Of a stretch of 64,000 nucleotides of DNA, positions 62,010 to 64,000 are shown one piece after another. Under the pieces are notes generated by a model that did no database searches, was not told where the DNA came from, and saw only the letters and a program-made list of their open reading frames with translations. The stretch comes from Candidatus Sulfobium sp. GTDB lineage: Bacteria; Nitrospirota; Thermodesulfovibrionia; Thermodesulfovibrionales; UBA6898. Position numbers and translations under genes: made by a program. The number at the start of each line of letters is the position of its first letter. Position 1 is the stretch's first letter. Location: contig JARRRI010000009.1 of NCBI GenBank assembly GCA_037380845.1, forward strand, positions 32,001 to 96,000. Direction: 5' to 3'.

Positions 62010-62942
62010 TTACTCCTTAATCGCAAAACTCAGGTTCTGCCGGGACTCGCCGCCGTGGCCGTCCTTAACCACCGCCGTACAGGACACTTTCCCGGCGTAG
62101 TCCGGCGGGACGTCCCACCTGATCGCGCCTGTTCCCGGATCTACCGTCATCCCCGGCGGAGCGCCCTGAAGAGAATAGGTGAGCCGGTCCCCGTCGGGGT
62201 CGGCAGCCTTTATCCGGTACTTGCAGGTACTCCCGTCGAAATCGAATTTTCCTCCTTCTGCGATCATAGGCGGCATGTTCCCGACCTCTCTCTTCAGGGC
62301 AACCGGCGTTCCATCGGTCTCGCCGTCGAAGGGCACGATCCTGACCTCGACCTTGTCTCCCCTCCTCACCTGATCGTCTATTTCCGGTCCGTCTCCAGCC
62401 GGTTCACCGTTTTTCGACCATTCATACCGGACTGTTACGTCGTCCCCGTCAGGATCTTCAGCCGAGGCGTCCACACGCAACCTGTCACCAGGGTTGAACA
62501 CCTCGGGCATGATCTTGACTCTTGTGAGCTGAGGCGGCGCATTTTTTATCTCTACAATGTTTGAAAGTATTTCCCGGCCCCCCACGGTAACTTTTGCCTG
62601 AACGGTATCGCCTTTTCTCAATTCGGCTGACTTGAAGCCGAGCCCTTCTCCGCCCGGGACGGTCATCCCGTTTACGAGCCACTCCGGCTCCGCCCCCGGC
62701 CGGTTCACACCCTTTACAACAAGTGTCAGCTTTGTATTGCTTGTCGGGTCGGCGGGCACTATCTCAAGCGATTCGTGCCCGGCACCGGCAGCTTGTTGCC
62801 GGCCGGCATCTTTCACGGCATTATCTTTCTCCTTTGCCTGGTCCGTCGCGATGCCGATATCCCCCTTCTTTTCCGGACTGCATCCCGGCAACGCCACCGA
62901 GACCATCATCCCCAGAGTAATTGCGATCATCACCGTTCTCAC
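62010..62942 (-). CDS. Putative Ig-domain surface lipoprotein
   Basis: Lipobox LPGC, repeated DPDGD motifs, PPGMTVDPGTGAIRW; downstream of pilin genes. Confidence 0.8.
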   Translation of the reverse strand: MRTVMIAITLGMMVSVALPGCSPEKKGDIGIATDQAKEKDNAVKDAGRQQAAGAGHESLEIVPADPTSNTKLTLVVKGVNRPGAEPEWLVNGMTVPGGEGLGFKSAELRKGDTVQAKVTVGGREILSNIVEIKNAPPQLTRVKIMPEVFNPGDRLRVDASAEDPDGDDVTVRYEWSKNGEPAGDGPEIDDQVRRGDKVEVRIVPFDGETDGTPVALKREVGNMPPMIAEGGKFDFDGSTCKYRIKAADPDGDRLTYSLQGAPPGMTVDPGTGAIRWDVPPDYAGKVSCTAVVKDGHGGESRQNLSFAIKE

Positions 62943-62978
62943 TGCTTCTTTACCCCTTTCATCACCTGTCTTTAAGCG

Positions 62979-63079
62979 GTCATTCCCTGGGCAGGCAGGA
63001 TTCCACCCCGTTCAAACAGTCGTCTCCATCCCGGATGCCCGCTCCTGCCTAACCCCGAGAGAAGCTTAGCGGGCATGAC
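62979..63079. repeat. REP/MITE-like element
   Basis: GTCATTCCC...GGATGCCCGC...GCGGGCATGAC terminal inverted repeats. Confidence 0.6.
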
Positions 63080-63097
63080 GATTTTGTTGCAAGCCGG

Positions 63098-63739
63098 TCA
63101 GTATTTATAGAGAATGGAATATTTTGCCCTTTCCCTAGGCCCTGAGCTCCTTTGTGAATCCACTTCCAACGTGTACAGATAGGGCCTGCTCATCACGGTA
63201 ATCTCACCTGAGTTGGTGTTCACTACCCCGCCCTTCGTGAGACCTATGCTGCCGGCCGAGTTTCCCTCGACCGTATCCACAATTTTTGCATATACCGTAT
63301 ATGACTGACTGCCGGTACCTAGCTGAAAAGACCAGTCATACGTGCCCTCCTGATCGGGATCGATGGGCATTGTGCTGTTGCAGCCACTCCAGGTTGCCGT
63401 GTTGTTATTAAGTTTGTTCGTCAGGCAACTCTTACCGCCGCTATCGGTATTGGATGGAAGATAGAGGCTAATAGTGGGGATGCTGAGATTACCCCTCGCG
63501 GCAATCAGGTCGTAGGCGATTTCTGTTCCGGCCTTCCCTGCCTCAACGGCGCTCCGGTATCTCTTGTGACTACCCGATGTCTGGGTACCAACCGTCAACA
63601 TGTAAACCAGGCCCGCCATGATGGCCAGCGATATTGCTGAAAGAACCAGGACCATGACAAGTGCGATACCCCTTTCGCCGGCTTTGACTCTCCTGTGTCC
63701 ACTTCCTGGTCGGAACATCTTCCGTACGTACTTACTCAT
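63098..63739 (-). CDS. pilX: Type IV pilus minor pilin PilX-like
   Basis: ERG-IALVMVLVL prepilin-like N-terminus lacking Glu5; A..AG motif. Confidence 0.75.
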   Translation of the reverse strand: MSKYVRKMFRPGSGHRRVKAGERGIALVMVLVLSAISLAIMAGLVYMLTVGTQTSGSHKRYRSAVEAGKAGTEIAYDLIAARGNLSIPTISLYLPSNTDSGGKSCLTNKLNNNTATWSGCNSTMPIDPDQEGTYDWSFQLGTGSQSYTVYAKIVDTVEGNSAGSIGLTKGGVVNTNSGEITVMSRPYLYTLEVDSQRSSGPRERAKYSILYKY

Positions 63740-63741
63740 CT

Positions 63742-64000
63742 TCACCTCATGTCGTCAGGCTCAACAACCAATGTATACAGTTTCCACCTGTAATATTTAT
63801 ATTCCGGATTACCCACAAGTCCCGCGAGGTTTACGGTACCGACATTCAATGACTTGGTAAGATCATCGGGCTTGACTATAGTTGCCGAGAGAGACGTCCT
63901 GCTCCCTCCCTGCGAAAAATCATAGCCGGCGTCCCTCTGGCCTTCCTGGGCCACAATGTATACCCGGACTTCCTTCACCTGCCGCCGTATCTGTGCGGCT
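63742..64000 (-). CDS. Type IV pilus minor pilin PilW-like, C-terminal part (5' end outside window)
   Basis: Open to the window end; QVKEVRVYIVAQEG...YRWKLYTLVV; directly upstream of pilX. Confidence 0.6.
   Translation of the reverse strand, partial: AAQIRRQVKEVRVYIVAQEGQRDAGYDFSQGGSRTSLSATIVKPDDLTKSLNVGTVNLAGLVGNPEYKYYRWKLYTLVVEPDDMR

Overview
About 64 kb of mostly housekeeping chromosome from an anaerobic-type bacterium; gene content and protein style suggest Nitrospirota (Thermodesulfovibrionia-like), which is inference only. Contents in order: TPR protein and ExeA-type ATPase, radA, thiD, a TPP-riboswitch-controlled thiS-thiG-(unknown membrane protein)-thiE-thiC-(adenylate-kinase-like) operon, larB, gpsA, glnS, gltX, tilS, rodZ, fabF, a decaying ceramide-type cluster (epimerase/reductase, SPT-like enzyme, GNAT pseudogene), system II cytochrome c biogenesis, a cupin plus two Zn-dehydrogenases, rnfCDGEAB, large-type purL, purB, rib genes and nusB, lepA/lepB, glucokinase, ftsEX-envC-ctpA, uvrC, accA, dnaE and type IV pilus minor pilin genes. 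I found no rRNA, tRNA, CRISPR array or transposase. Most notable: (i) five short deletion or replacement lesions (ftsE, uvrC, lepA/lepB, epimerase, Zn-ADH), either real decay or assembly artefacts; (ii) heptamer-repeat mini-elements, both intergenic and in-frame inside uvrC and purL; (iii) two unexplained genes in the thiamine operon; (iv) a cupin plus dehydrogenase pair that could be an RLP-free methylthio-sugar salvage route; (v) a roughly 175-nt minus-strand structured RNA candidate; (vi) an unannotated 58-aa four-Cys protein; (vii) several apparently leaderless genes behind promoters with 18-bp spacers.
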